From Acidimicrobiales bacterium (GTDB lineage Bacteria; Actinomycetota; Acidimicrobiia; Acidimicrobiales; JAHWKP01): DNA of 64,000 nucleotides. The DNA lies in assembly GCA_035526705.1 (NCBI GenBank), contig DATLBX010000056.1, forward strand, positions 1,703 through 65,702, in the 5' to 3' direction. Below the pieces are notes generated by a model. The model saw only the letters and a list, made by a program, of their open reading frames with translations. It was not told where the DNA came from and searched no databases. Positions 37,412 through 48,173 of the stretch are shown here, in pieces; position 1 is the first letter of the stretch, and each line of letters begins with the position of its first letter. The translations under genes and the position numbers were made by a program.

Positions 37412-39311
37412 TCGAAGCTCCGATTTCTTCGGCGGCCGGGCACCCCAACCCAGCCACTGCTGAGCTGGGGGCACCACCCACGCCGGCCTGGTCGTATCGA
37501 TCGGCTTGGAGCCGGAACGAAGACGCATACATGCCGTCGACATCCAGCAGCTCGTCGTGCGTCCCTTCCTCGACCACTCGGCCCTTGTCGAGGACAACGA
37601 TGCGGTCGGCGCGGCGGACGGTCGAGAACCGATGGGAGATCAGCACGGTCGTCGTGCCCTTCGTCACTTCGAGGAAGCGGTCGAACAGGTCCACCTCGGA
37701 ACGCACGTCCAGGTTCGCCGTGGGCTCGTCGAGCACGAGGATTCCCGCGCCGCCGCCCACCGCGAACAGCGCCCGCGACAGGCCGATGCGCTGCCACTCG
37801 CCGCCGGACAAATCGATTCCGCCGTCGTAGCGCCGGGTGAGGATCGTGTCCCAGCCGTTTCTGAGACCGCTGACCAGCGCCGATGCTCCGGCGCGCTCGG
37901 CGGCGGCTTCCAGGCGGCCCCGGTCGTTCACGTGCTCGACTGCGCCATAGCCGACGTTCTCCGCCGCGCTGAGGTAGTACTTGGTGAAGTCCTGGAAAAT
38001 GGCGGCAACGCGGCGCTGCCACGCCATGGCATCGAGGTCCGTCAGCGGAATCCCGTCGACGGTGATTCGTCCGGAAGTGGGTTCATACAGCCGCGCCAGA
38101 AGCTTGACCAGCGTCGTCTTCCCTGCCCCGTTGGCGCCGACGATGGCCAGGCTCTTACCAGCCGGGATTACGAGATCGAGGTCCTGATACAGGGGTTCGT
38201 CAGGTCGAGAGGCGTAGTTGAAGGCCACCTTCTCGAAGCGGACTGCGTCCCGGGGCATGGCCTCGGGCGACTGCGTGCCCGAAGACGCGAAGCGCGGCTG
38301 CGCCACGAGCTCCTCCGCCTTCTCGATGTGGGGCAGCACAGCCGCGCCGCTGGCCAGGCCCATTGTGTATTCGTCGGGGACACCGAGCCGGGCCATGCCA
38401 AGGACCGAGGGCGCGATGACGACGAGGTGCTCGGCCTTCAGCTCCCCCGTCCGCGCCGCCTGAACGATCACGTAGAAGACGGCGACATGAGCGAGCAGGA
38501 CGGCAACGAGGATTCCGATCTGCTTGTAGCGGACCGCACGGCGCCGGCGCCAGACGTCGCGCATTACGTCGTACCAGCCGGCACTGAACTGCTCGATGAG
38601 CCAGTGCCCGAACCCGAAGATCCGAATCTCCTTGGCGGCGGTCGCTTCGAACACCAGGTGGCGCAGGTGCTCCGGCCTCCGCATGCGCTCGAACGTGTCG
38701 CCCCAGGCATCCGACTGGGTCTGGCGCAGGACGTGGCCGAACCACCACCACAGAGCCACAAGCGCGAGCGCCAGCCACCAGCGGAAGCTCCAGAGCAGCG
38801 CGGCGGAGGCGAGGCCGACGACGCGAGTGGACGTGTAGCCGAACACCGCGGTGGTGAACGCGCCGGTATCCGGCCAGTCGGTGCGCGCTGCCGGGCGTAG
38901 GGAGTCCAGCACCTCGGGGTTTTCGAGATGCGCCAGGCTGGCGATGCCCTGGGCGGTGGCGATGACCCGCTCGCGGCGGCGTCCACTGACTCGGTGCTGA
39001 AAGCTCTCCACCAGCGCCCCGCGCAAGCTCGGTAGAGCCTCGCTGATCACGAGCACAACTCCCATGGCAACGAGCGGACCGATGACTCCCTGAGCACCCG
39101 CCCGAGCGCGCGCCACCAGCCACCCCGACACGAGCGCGAAGGAGGCGGGAAGTAGGCCCTCGGCGATCGACATGGCGAGGAGCGAGTTCGCCATCAGGGG
39201 ACCAGAACCCCAGATGAGGTTCAAGCCCAAGAAGGTCGAGCGTCGCGGCTTCAGCCACGGAATCCTTTCTGGTGCTCGATCTTCCATGGCCTCGAACCTA
39301 CGGGCCACCAC
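37404..39311 (-). CDS. ABC exporter, fused permease/ATP-binding subunit
   Basis: TM domain, then GANGAGKTT, LSGGEWQRIGLSRA and ILVLDEPTANLD. It is the likely heterodimer partner of the downstream gene. Confidence 0.85.
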   Translation of the reverse strand: MVARRFEAMEDRAPERIPWLKPRRSTFLGLNLIWGSGPLMANSLLAMSIAEGLLPASFALVSGWLVARARAGAQGVIGPLVAMGVVLVISEALPSLRGALVESFQHRVSGRRRERVIATAQGIASLAHLENPEVLDSLRPAARTDWPDTGAFTTAVFGYTSTRVVGLASAALLWSFRWWLALALVALWWWFGHVLRQTQSDAWGDTFERMRRPEHLRHLVFEATAAKEIRIFGFGHWLIEQFSAGWYDVMRDVWRRRRAVRYKQIGILVAVLLAHVAVFYVIVQAARTGELKAEHLVVIAPSVLGMARLGVPDEYTMGLASGAAVLPHIEKAEELVAQPRFASSGTQSPEAMPRDAVRFEKVAFNYASRPDEPLYQDLDLVIPAGKSLAIVGANGAGKTTLVKLLARLYEPTSGRITVDGIPLTDLDAMAWQRRVAAIFQDFTKYYLSAAENVGYGAVEHVNDRGRLEAAAERAGASALVSGLRNGWDTILTRRYDGGIDLSGGEWQRIGLSRALFAVGGGAGILVLDEPTANLDVRSEVDLFDRFLEVTKGTTTVLISHRFSTVRRADRIVVLDKGRVVEEGTHDELLDVDGMYASSFRLQADRYDQAGVGGAPSSAVAGLGCPAAEEIGASNG

Positions 39312-39379
39312 CGGGACCTGTCGGGGAATTTCGCGGGGTGGACCAGCGATGCGAGGTCGGCGGATGACAAAGTACCGAG

Positions 39380-40405
39380 ATGAGCCTCGGAAAAAGACTG
39401 CGCGAAATGCCTCTGCCGGCGGGCAATGAGTTCAATGCGCCGATTGGCCGCGTGATCGCCGGCGTATTCGGACTAGTGGCCGGGCTCGCGTTACTGATCC
39501 TCTTCGTCGGAGGTTGGAAGTCGGTCCCCATCGACAAAGTGGGCTTGCACATCAGCGGTGGTCCGATCGAGGGCCAGAAATTTCGCGGCGTGGTCGAGCC
39601 AGGCAGCGGAGCACGCTTCTTCGGTCTGCTCGACGACGTCGTGCAGCTGCCTGTGAACCAACGCAACTACATCGTGTCAAAGCATGATGCCGAAGGAGAC
39701 CGCGCGGGAGTTGACTTCATTCGCGTCCCCGCCAAGGGCGGTATCGCTATGGACTTCGAGGTGTCCGTGTACTTCAAGCTGAACACCTCCGACAAGGTGC
39801 TGCCGGTCTTCTATCGGGAGATCTGCACCAAGTACAACTGCACCGAGCAGGCGGGCTGGGACGCCCTGCTCAACGACAACTTCCGCAAGATGTTGGAGAC
39901 TTCGATGCGAGCCCGCGTGTTCGAGTTCACTGTCGACGAGCTCTACGCGAACGCGATCGGCGAGAAGTCGGGCCATGACGACGCCATCAAGATCATCCAA
40001 AACGAGATCGCAGCCGCGCTCAAGGACAACGTCAACAGCGTGCTCGGTGGAGAGTACTTCTGCGGACCCCAATTCAACCGGGACAAGCCCGACGAGTGCC
40101 CCGACTTCCAGTTCATCATCAACTCCGCCGAGCCGACCTCAGAGGCAATTCGGCAGTCATTCGACGATCAGCGCGTCGCCCTCAACTCAGTGCAGACCGC
40201 CCAGAACAAGGCCCTCGCCAAGAAGGCCGAGGCCGAGGGCACCCTCGCGGCGCAGCAGGCCTCTCAGGCCGCACTGACGCCGCAGTACCTGCGCCTGCGC
40301 GAGATCGAGGCCATGGAGAAGTGCGCGGCGAGTGCCAACTGCACACTGGTCGTCACCAACGGGGGTACGAACGTGAATGTGCAGTCAGGCCAACGGTCCG
40401 GCTGA
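39380..40405 (+). CDS. SPFH/Band-7 (prohibitin-like) domain membrane protein
   Basis: 341 aa with an N-terminal TM and an SPFH-like core (VPIDKVGLH..., FEVSVYFKLN), followed by a coiled-coil tail. Confidence 0.7.
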   Translation: MSLGKRLREMPLPAGNEFNAPIGRVIAGVFGLVAGLALLILFVGGWKSVPIDKVGLHISGGPIEGQKFRGVVEPGSGARFFGLLDDVVQLPVNQRNYIVSKHDAEGDRAGVDFIRVPAKGGIAMDFEVSVYFKLNTSDKVLPVFYREICTKYNCTEQAGWDALLNDNFRKMLETSMRARVFEFTVDELYANAIGEKSGHDDAIKIIQNEIAAALKDNVNSVLGGEYFCGPQFNRDKPDECPDFQFIINSAEPTSEAIRQSFDDQRVALNSVQTAQNKALAKKAEAEGTLAAQQASQAALTPQYLRLREIEAMEKCAASANCTLVVTNGGTNVNVQSGQRSG

Positions 40406-40409
40406 TCGG

Positions 40410-40433
40410 AGCCCGCCGAAATCGCTGCGGGCT
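40410..40433. terminator. Hairpin between the convergent SPFH gene and pepN
   Basis: AGCCCGC-cgaaatcgct-GCGGGCT, a 7-bp stem followed by TT on the + strand. Confidence 0.45.
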
Positions 40434-43043
40434 TTAGCCCTTATCAGCGTTGCGGGCCCGTAGGGCCCGCTCCAAACGGTCCTTGTTCTCGACCAGAACA
40501 CGCCGCGCCGACGCGTCGATGTCTGCACGCCCGAGCAGCTTGTCGGCCATGTCGACCGTCACGTCATCGATGACGGTCGAGGGAAACAGCATGGCTGTGA
40601 GGCCCGTGGCCACGTCGTGCTCACGGTTGGCCCACACCTTGTCGAAGGCTTCAGGGAAACGCTCCACGAAGGGTACGAGCACATCTTCCTGGCCGAATTG
40701 ATGGAAGCCGCCACCGAGAACGGCGCGCACCGTGATGACCGGAGCCTCGGTGTTGTCCACCGCGAGGTTCCAGGCCTCCTCCTTCGCTTCCACTGATGGC
40801 CTCGAGGCGCGTGCCGCCAGCGCCCGACGCGCGCCGATGTCGGTTGCGTCGCGCTTCTTCTCCGCGTCGATCAGCGTGACCGCGTCGTCGGCTCCCGAAC
40901 GCGCCACGGCATTGACGATCGACCAACGCAAGTCGACATCGACATCGAGACCCTGGGGGACATCCTTCCCCTCGAGCCAGCCGCGCGCGACCTGAAGATC
41001 CGGAGCCTCCTCGATCGACCCGACCCACAGCGCGGCCCAACGGTTCTGGGCATCACTGCCCGGCTCGGTCCTGCCGAGCAAATCGAATGCGGTTCGCGCC
41101 AGTTCGGTGCGATAGCCCGGGACCTTGGCCGGATCGCCATACGACTCGACCGCGCCGGACGCCTGGAATGCGATCTGCAGCGCGAGGCGCAGGTCCGACT
41201 CTGCCGCGACATGGTTGGACACGAGCTTCACGAACTGGCCGGTGGACAGTTCGGCGTCGCGCACCATGTCCCACGCAGCGCCCCAGCAGATGCTGCGCGT
41301 CAGCTGATCCTCGATCCCTGACATGTGGTGCACCAACGACTCCATGGAGCGCGGGTCGAGACGAACCTTCGCGTAGGCCAGGTCGCCGTCGTTGACCACG
41401 ACCAGCTCGGCCACCTTCTCGCCTACAAGCGCATCGACTGCGGTCTCCGAGCCCACGATGTCGAGCTCGACCCGCTTGTCGAGCCGCATGAACCCCCCGG
41501 ACCTGGGATTCGGCCCTTCGCCCGTCAGGCGGTAGAGGCCCACGGCCGCCCGGTGCGAGCGGAGCGTCGGGTAGTCGGCAGCGGCCGACTGACGCACGAC
41601 CACGGACTTGTACCGTTCCTCCTCTCCATCGCCTTCCGTCTGAAGTTCCAGTCGGAACGTGTTGACGCCCGAGGTCTCCAGCCACTCCTTCGACCACCCG
41701 TCGAGGCTGCGCCCCGAAGGCCCTTCGAGGGCCTCGAGAAAGTCCGCCAACGTGGCGTTCGCGAACTCGTGCCGGCGGAAGTAGCCACGGAGGGCTTCAT
41801 CGAAGGCGTCTCGGCCGACCCACGCCGCGAGCTGCCGCAGGACAGATGCTCCCTTGTTGTAAGTGATGCCGTCGAAGTGCAATTTGAGGGCGTCGGTATC
41901 GACGATGTCCGCCGAAATCGGGTGGGTGCTGGGCAGCTGGTCCTGCGCGTAGGCGCCGGCCTTTGTCCCGCTGGCGAATCGGGCCCACCCGTCGGTGAAG
42001 CGCGTGCCCTCCGCGAGTGACAGGTTGCCCATATAGGTGGCGAAGCTCTCGTTGAGCCAGAGGTCGTCCCACCAGCGCATGGTCACGAGGTCGCCGAACC
42101 ACATGTGGGCCATCTCGTGGAGGATCGTCCCGGCGCGACCCTCGCGAGCGAGTTCAGTGATCTTGCCGCGGAAGACGTAGCTCTCGGTGAAGGTCACGCA
42201 GCCCGGGTTTTCCATCGCGCCGGCGAAGAACTCCGGAACGAAGAGCTGGTCGTACTTGCCGAACGGGTACGGATAGTCGAACGACTTGGTGAAGAAGTCG
42301 AATCCCTGACGCGTGATCAAGAAGATGTCGTCGGCGTCCAGGTGCTCGGCCAGCGACTGGCGGCAATAGATCCCGAGCTCGATCGTCTGGTCCGTGCCGG
42401 CAACCTGGTGCGACTCGTGGACGGAGTGGTACGGGCCGGCGACAAGGGCCGTGAGATAGGTGGAGATTCGCGGCGTTGCAGGGAACTGCCAGGTCTTCGC
42501 GTCGCCGCTGGCCGCGGGCGGGCCCACGGGCGCGCTGTTGCTGATGACCTCCCAATCTCCCGGCGCAGTAACGGTCAGCTTGAATGGCGCCTTTAGATCC
42601 GGCTGGTCGAAACAGGCGAACATGCGGTGCGCGTCGAACGGTTCGAACTGGGAGTGCAGGTAGACCCGCTCGTCGGCGGGGTCCACAAAGCGGTGCAAGC
42701 CCTTCGAGGTGTGCTCATACGCACACCGAGCCACCACGCGTACCTCATGGCGGCCAACCGGCTCCAGCCCGCCCAGGCGCACTCGGCTCCCGGCTACGAC
42801 ATCGTCGACTGGCACCTCCTTGCCATCGATCGATACAGCTGTGACCTCATTGGCGATCAGGTCGAGGAAGAGCTCCGTGCCATCCGCGCCGTCGCCGCCG
42901 GCGAAAGTGATGGTCGTATCGCTTAGGAAGGTGTGCTCGTCGCCGGTGAGATCCAGGGTGACGTCGTAGGAGACGTCGCTCACCAGCTCGGCCCGCCGAA
43001 CCGCTTCGGCGCGTAGAAGGTTGTCGTCAGCTCGCTCGGTCAT
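40434..43043 (-). CDS. pepN: Aminopeptidase N (M1 family)
   Basis: GAMENPG exopeptidase motif and HEMAHMWFGDLVTMRWWDDLWLNESFA zinc site. 869 aa. Confidence 0.95.
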   Translation of the reverse strand: MTERADDNLLRAEAVRRAELVSDVSYDVTLDLTGDEHTFLSDTTITFAGGDGADGTELFLDLIANEVTAVSIDGKEVPVDDVVAGSRVRLGGLEPVGRHEVRVVARCAYEHTSKGLHRFVDPADERVYLHSQFEPFDAHRMFACFDQPDLKAPFKLTVTAPGDWEVISNSAPVGPPAASGDAKTWQFPATPRISTYLTALVAGPYHSVHESHQVAGTDQTIELGIYCRQSLAEHLDADDIFLITRQGFDFFTKSFDYPYPFGKYDQLFVPEFFAGAMENPGCVTFTESYVFRGKITELAREGRAGTILHEMAHMWFGDLVTMRWWDDLWLNESFATYMGNLSLAEGTRFTDGWARFASGTKAGAYAQDQLPSTHPISADIVDTDALKLHFDGITYNKGASVLRQLAAWVGRDAFDEALRGYFRRHEFANATLADFLEALEGPSGRSLDGWSKEWLETSGVNTFRLELQTEGDGEEERYKSVVVRQSAAADYPTLRSHRAAVGLYRLTGEGPNPRSGGFMRLDKRVELDIVGSETAVDALVGEKVAELVVVNDGDLAYAKVRLDPRSMESLVHHMSGIEDQLTRSICWGAAWDMVRDAELSTGQFVKLVSNHVAAESDLRLALQIAFQASGAVESYGDPAKVPGYRTELARTAFDLLGRTEPGSDAQNRWAALWVGSIEEAPDLQVARGWLEGKDVPQGLDVDVDLRWSIVNAVARSGADDAVTLIDAEKKRDATDIGARRALAARASRPSVEAKEEAWNLAVDNTEAPVITVRAVLGGGFHQFGQEDVLVPFVERFPEAFDKVWANREHDVATGLTAMLFPSTVIDDVTVDMADKLLGRADIDASARRVLVENKDRLERALRARNADKG

Positions 43044-43109
43044 CAGGACAAGCTATTCGGTCGAGGTGCCGCGGTTCCCAGCGGCGCGGGGCGGCCGGAG
43101 CGGTCAGGA

Positions 43110-44525
43110 TTGGCGGGTGCCCCAGCCGAACGTGTGGCCGCTGACTTGACCAGCCCCCTCGCGACCCTTCTCGGCGACGACCAGGTGGTCCCCGTCGCCG
43201 ACGGCACATCCCGTCGCTACCTCAGCTTCGACGCCGGAGCGTCTACCGCTTCCCTCCCCCAGGTCGCCCTCGCCGTGACGGACTTCTTGCCGCGATACTC
43301 CAGCGTCCATCGGGGCGCTGGGTGGAAGTCGCAGGCCGCGACCGCGGCCTACGAGGAAGCGCGTGCGGCGGCTCTGGCCTTCGCCGGCGACCGTACCGAC
43401 GAGGACGTGGCCATCTTCTGCCGTAACACAACGGACGCCATCAACCACCTCTCCTATCGGCTGCAGCTCGACCGAAGCGATGTCGTCGCGACGACCGTTG
43501 TGGAGCACCACGCCAATCTCCTCCCGTGGTCTCGCGTCGCGCAGACCCGCCACGTGGACGTGGGCCGCGAGGGAACCTTCGCCGTCGATGATGTGATCTC
43601 GGTGCTGGAGCAACAGCCCCGACCCAAGGTGCTCGCCGTCACCGCGGCCTCGAACGTCACCGGGTGGATACCCCCGATCGGCGAGATCATTCAGGCGGCG
43701 CACGATCGCGGGGTCGAGGTCGCGCTCGACGCGGCGCAGCTCGCTCCACACCGTCCGATCCCTCCGGAGGCGGATTACGTCGCGTGGAGCGGACACAAGA
43801 TGTACGCACCGTTCGGAGTGGGGGTACTGGCCGGGAAGCGCTCGACCTTCACGACGGGAGACCCGTTCCTGCATGGCGGCGGGGCCGTAGCCATGGTCGC
43901 GTTGGACGAAGTGGCATGGGCCGAGCCACCGGAACGGGAGGAGGCCGGCTCGCCCAACGTGGTTGGTGCGGTCGCACTGCACGCCGCGATCGACACGCTG
44001 TCCACAATCGGCTGGGACGCCATCACCGGACACGAGGCGCAGCTGGGCACCAAGCTGCGGTCGGGCCTTGCTGGCATCCCCGGCGTGCAGCTCCTCGGCC
44101 CTCCGCTGGACATCCCGACGCTGGCAGTGGCGGCGTTCAATGTCTCGGGCCAGCACCACGCGCTGGTGGCGGCGCGGCTCGCCACGGAATTCGGGATCGG
44201 GGTTCGCCACGGGTGCTTCTGCGCCCACCCCTACCTTGGGCGTCTGCTGGGACTCGACGAGTCACAGTGGGCGCGGTTCCGCGCCGAGGTTCTGGAGGGC
44301 GACCGTTCCCGCGTTCCTGGTGCGGTCCGCGCCAGCTGCGGTATCTCCACGAGTCTCGAAGACGTCGACAACCTGCTCGCGGCCGTCCGCACCATCTCCG
44401 AGGACGGCCCCGGGCCGGTCGAGTACACACAAGACCGTTGCACCGGCGACTTTCTCCCGAACGACCCCGCGCTTCGCCCCGGCCCCGCGACGAGCGACGG
44501 GCCCATTCGACCCTGCAACGCCTGA
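43110..44525 (+). CDS. Class V aminotransferase / cysteine desulfurase-like PLP enzyme
   Basis: PLP-lysine region WSGHKMYAPFGVG, with class V fold similarity throughout. The TTG start is uncertain. Confidence 0.85.
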   Translation: MAGAPAERVAADLTSPLATLLGDDQVVPVADGTSRRYLSFDAGASTASLPQVALAVTDFLPRYSSVHRGAGWKSQAATAAYEEARAAALAFAGDRTDEDVAIFCRNTTDAINHLSYRLQLDRSDVVATTVVEHHANLLPWSRVAQTRHVDVGREGTFAVDDVISVLEQQPRPKVLAVTAASNVTGWIPPIGEIIQAAHDRGVEVALDAAQLAPHRPIPPEADYVAWSGHKMYAPFGVGVLAGKRSTFTTGDPFLHGGGAVAMVALDEVAWAEPPEREEAGSPNVVGAVALHAAIDTLSTIGWDAITGHEAQLGTKLRSGLAGIPGVQLLGPPLDIPTLAVAAFNVSGQHHALVAARLATEFGIGVRHGCFCAHPYLGRLLGLDESQWARFRAEVLEGDRSRVPGAVRASCGISTSLEDVDNLLAAVRTISEDGPGPVEYTQDRCTGDFLPNDPALRPGPATSDGPIRPCNA

Positions 44526-44538
44526 GGAGGCACAGACA

Positions 44539-45372
44539 GTGACTGCCAAGAACGTCTTCATCTCCATCGACATGGAAGGAATCGCCGGCGTATCGCACCG
44601 CCAGCAGGTGGCCCGGGGCAGCGACGACTATCCCGCGTGCCGCACGCTGATGGCCAACGAGGCGAACGCCGCGATCGAAGGTGCGTTTGCGGCAGGGGCG
44701 GAGCGCGTCTTGGTCAACGACAGTCATGGCGACATGCGTAACTTGCGGCCGCACGAGATCGACGAACGTGCCGAGCTGCTGATCGGGGGGCCGAAGGTGC
44801 CGCAGGGCATGACCCAGGGCCTCGACGGCGGCTTCGACATTGCTCTGTTCCTCGGCTACCACGCGTCGGCAGGCACGGAGGCGGCGATCATGGACCACAC
44901 GTACTCGGGCGCCGCCGTCTACGAGTTGCGCGTGAACGGCGAGTCCTTCGGAGAGGGCGACCTCAACGCCGCCCTGGCGGGTGCCTACGGAGTGCCGGTG
45001 GGCCTTGTCGCAGGCGACGACAAGTTCTGCGCACAGATGACCAAGCGCCTACCCGGCGTCCGCGCCATCCAGGTCAAAGAAGCACTGGGACGTTGGGACT
45101 CGATCTCACTGCACCCCAACCGCGCCTGCGAGCTGATCCGTGAGGGCACGGCAGAAGTCGTGGCCGACTGCGCCGCCGAACCCTTCCGCCCCGAGCCGCC
45201 ATACGTGGTGGAGGTCGACCTGATAAACGCCGGGATGGCTGACGTGTGCGAGTTGGACGGCAACACCACCCGCACCGGTCCGCGCACACTCCGCTTCGAG
45301 ACCGACGACATCCGCGAAGTCGTCCGTCAGAAGACCCTCTGGACTGTCCTCGCGGCGGTCGTTCTGCGATAG
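44539..45372 (+). CDS. M55 family D-aminopeptidase (DppA-like)
   Basis: GTG at 44539 lies after a GGAGG. The N-terminal segment FISIDMEGIAGV, and also NDSHGDM, are typical of peptidase M55. The upstream part of the 469-aa ORF is rejected. Confidence 0.85.
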   Translation: MTAKNVFISIDMEGIAGVSHRQQVARGSDDYPACRTLMANEANAAIEGAFAAGAERVLVNDSHGDMRNLRPHEIDERAELLIGGPKVPQGMTQGLDGGFDIALFLGYHASAGTEAAIMDHTYSGAAVYELRVNGESFGEGDLNAALAGAYGVPVGLVAGDDKFCAQMTKRLPGVRAIQVKEALGRWDSISLHPNRACELIREGTAEVVADCAAEPFRPEPPYVVEVDLINAGMADVCELDGNTTRTGPRTLRFETDDIREVVRQKTLWTVLAAVVLR

Positions 45373-46991
45373 AGAACCGCAGCCACCAGAAGCGCGGCGC
45401 CGGCCATAGCCGCCGGCGAGCCTCCGGTCGGAGGGAGCTCGTCGCCTCGCGGTGCCACGGCCGCGGGAGGCGTCGGGGCCGATGAGGCGAACGGCCACAC
45501 ACCGTTGGTCACCCGCACCGCGATGAAGCCCGAGTTGCCGTCGGCGTACCAAAGCTCGCTTCTCTCGGGAACGAACGCGATGGTCGACATGGCGTAGGTG
45601 GTCGGTACGTCGTCGTTCGGGTATGTGGTCTCCCGAGGTTCATTGTGGTAGGCGATCTCCTTCGGGTTGTACGGATCGCGGATGTCGAACAGCCGCAACC
45701 CGGACTCGATGAAGGTGCAGGCGACTACGCCGGGTTCCTTACGCTGCGGGACGCTGCAGTAGTGGCCGGCGTAGCCCTGGAAGCCGCGATAGTCGGCAAA
45801 GTTCTCGTCGCCGGAGATGGCGGCGCGGTTCGCCCGGGTGTGAACGTCGAGCCGGAGGTCAGAAATCACCCGCGGCTTCGCCTCGTCGCCGATGTCGATG
45901 ATCCGGGCCGCGCCGACCAGGTCCTCGAGCCCGTCGTCGTCGGAGTCCTTCCCGAACTCATCGACCTCGACGACGTACGGCTTCCCTCCGATCGTCACCG
46001 GTATTCCGACCTGGGGCGTGGTCATCGGATACCAGTCCAGCCTGCTGACCACCGGCACCGTCGGATTGACGACGCGTTCCTGGATCTGAGTCGTGTCGAG
46101 AATGACCAGTCCGCTTCGCGTGGCCAGATAGGCGCGCGTTCCGTCGTCGCTGATCGACATGCCGTGCGCCACGTAGCGCTCAGTCCATAACGGCACCGGA
46201 GCCAGGGGGTTCGATACGTCGATGGCCGTCAGCTCGCCCCCATCGAGCGCCGAGGCGTAATAGGTCAGGCCGTCTGGGGCGAAGTTCCCCTCGTGACCCA
46301 GAATTCCCACGGGCAGGCTGGAAAGCAACGTCGGATTTCGGCAGTCCTGCGACACGTCGTAGATGTCGAGCATTCCCGGGGCCGACGCGACCGTGCCGAG
46401 CACCGCGGCGAGAAGCCCCCGCTTCTGGTTGATCGACACCGACTCATGGGGTGACTGCATGGCCGGGGTGAGCAGCGTGGCGGTCAGCGCCGGCTTGGTG
46501 GGGTCGGTCATGTCGAGCACGTCGGTGCCCGTGGGGGTTCCGCTGGGGAACAGCGCGTTCGTGGGAAAGAGGATGGTCGTGTCGTAGTAGGCGCATTCGC
46601 GCCCGGACTCGTCGACATACCGCTCGACGCGGAATCCGCCCTTCACTCCCGCGCGACCGATCGTCTCGGTGTTGCAGGTGTAGCCCTGGGCGGCGCGCCC
46701 GCTGGCGTGGTCCTCCGGCGGTACACGGCCTTGCAAGCCTGTCTCCGGCTTGGAACCCGGCCCGCACGGACCGGTCGGCGTCGGACCGGGGTCGCCCGGA
46801 GCGGCCTGCCCTGCAGTCGCCGCCCGAATCACGACTGACTCGTCCTCGTCGTGCCCCGACGCCGGACCGGCCGCGGTCACGGACACGGCCAGGACGGCTG
46901 CGGCACCGGCGAGGAGTCGACCCCGGAATCCGCTACCTCGGGATAGGTTCGCTCCTGCATGCCTACCGAGATGGTGCAGGTTCAAGGTCAC
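45327..46991 (-). CDS. Secreted beta-propeller (LVIVD-repeat-like) protein with C-terminal LPPTG sortase-type anchor
   Basis: Signal peptide RGRLLAGAAAVLAVSVTAAGPASG. The C-terminal LPPTG is followed by a hydrophobic segment and YRR. No in-frame ATG lies near the signal peptide, so GTG 46991 or TTG 46985 are the candidate starts. The upstream two-fifths of the 781-aa ORF is rejected. Confidence 0.6.
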   Translation of the reverse strand: MTLNLHHLGRHAGANLSRGSGFRGRLLAGAAAVLAVSVTAAGPASGHDEDESVVIRAATAGQAAPGDPGPTPTGPCGPGSKPETGLQGRVPPEDHASGRAAQGYTCNTETIGRAGVKGGFRVERYVDESGRECAYYDTTILFPTNALFPSGTPTGTDVLDMTDPTKPALTATLLTPAMQSPHESVSINQKRGLLAAVLGTVASAPGMLDIYDVSQDCRNPTLLSSLPVGILGHEGNFAPDGLTYYASALDGGELTAIDVSNPLAPVPLWTERYVAHGMSISDDGTRAYLATRSGLVILDTTQIQERVVNPTVPVVSRLDWYPMTTPQVGIPVTIGGKPYVVEVDEFGKDSDDDGLEDLVGAARIIDIGDEAKPRVISDLRLDVHTRANRAAISGDENFADYRGFQGYAGHYCSVPQRKEPGVVACTFIESGLRLFDIRDPYNPKEIAYHNEPRETTYPNDDVPTTYAMSTIAFVPERSELWYADGNSGFIAVRVTNGVWPFASSAPTPPAAVAPRGDELPPTGGSPAAMAGAALLVAAVLYRRTTAARTVQRVF

Positions 46992-48173
46992 ATCATTGAC
47001 TCTCTCATCCTGGCGAAGATTCTCGACCTCATCGTCGCCTCCGGCGCCGACTACCGGCTGGTCGACTTCGATGTCGGCAAGTCGAACGCCGATCTGTCCC
47101 TCGCCCGGATCGAGGTCAGCGCAGGCGATGACGACACCCTGACCGCGCTCCTCGAGGAGCTGCACGCTCACGGCGCCAACGCCGTATCGGATGCCAACGC
47201 GACGTTGGTGCCCGCAGAAGCCGACGGCGTGCTTCCCGAGGGGTTCTATTCGACCACCAACCTGCCGACCTCCATCCGTGTCGCGGGCAAGTGGATCGAG
47301 GTCGGCAATCCGGAGATGGACTGCGGGATCGTCGTCGACGGTGACGTTGCCCGGACGGTCCCGATGCATCGAGTGAGAGCCGGCGATCACGTCGTCGTCG
47401 GCAACGAGGGTGCCCGCGTCGTGGCGCTGGAGAAACCTCGCGGTACTCACCCCTTCGAGTTCATGGCCTCTGAAGTCTCGTCCGAGAAGCCCAAGGCGCG
47501 GTTGCTCGCCGAGGTCGGCGACCGCATCCGCCGGGCCCGCGAGGACGGCAAGAAGGTTCTCGTGGTCGCGGGCCCGGCGTTGATCCACACCGGAGCAGGG
47601 CCGGACCTCGCCGCGCTCGTACGCGGGGGTTGGGTGCAGTGCCTCTTCGCGGGGAACGGATTCGCCACTCACGACATCGAGAGCAACGTCCTCGGCACTT
47701 CGCTAGGCGTGTCTCTGTCCGAAGGCGAGGGCGTCGAGGGAGGGCACTCCAACCATCTGCGCGTCATCAATGAGGTCCGGCGGCATGGCTCCATCGCCGC
47801 GGCAGTAGAGGCGGGCTACATCACCGGCGGCGTCATGTACGAATTGGTGAAGGCCGGCATCCCCTACGTGCTGGGAGGATCGGTGCGCGACGACGGCCCG
47901 CTGCCCGACGTTTACACCGACGTCGTCGCCGCGGCTGACGCCTTGAGGGAGATGATCCCCGGAGTCGGGGTCTCGCTCATGCTGGCCTCCACGCTTCACG
48001 CGATCGCAACGGGGAACTGCCTGCCTGCGGGTGTGGAGACCTTCTGCGTCGACATCAACCAGGCGGTCGTCACGAAGTTGGCCGACCGCGGCAGCCACCA
48101 GGCGTTGGGGATCGTCACCGACGTGGGGCTCTTCGTACAAGGCGTGAGAGAGCAGCTCTGCGGTCCGAGATGA
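46959..48173 (+). CDS. TIGR00300 / LOR-SDH conserved-domain protein (archaeal-type ornithine cyclodeaminase family)
   Basis: N-terminal [20 protein letters not shown]...DFDVGKS...ARIEV (the PF04455-like pattern) and C-terminal [13 protein letters not shown]. 404 aa. Confidence 0.8.
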   Translation: MPTEMVQVQGHIIDSLILAKILDLIVASGADYRLVDFDVGKSNADLSLARIEVSAGDDDTLTALLEELHAHGANAVSDANATLVPAEADGVLPEGFYSTTNLPTSIRVAGKWIEVGNPEMDCGIVVDGDVARTVPMHRVRAGDHVVVGNEGARVVALEKPRGTHPFEFMASEVSSEKPKARLLAEVGDRIRRAREDGKKVLVVAGPALIHTGAGPDLAALVRGGWVQCLFAGNGFATHDIESNVLGTSLGVSLSEGEGVEGGHSNHLRVINEVRRHGSIAAAVEAGYITGGVMYELVKAGIPYVLGGSVRDDGPLPDVYTDVVAAADALREMIPGVGVSLMLASTLHAIATGNCLPAGVETFCVDINQAVVTKLADRGSHQALGIVTDVGLFVQGVREQLCGPR

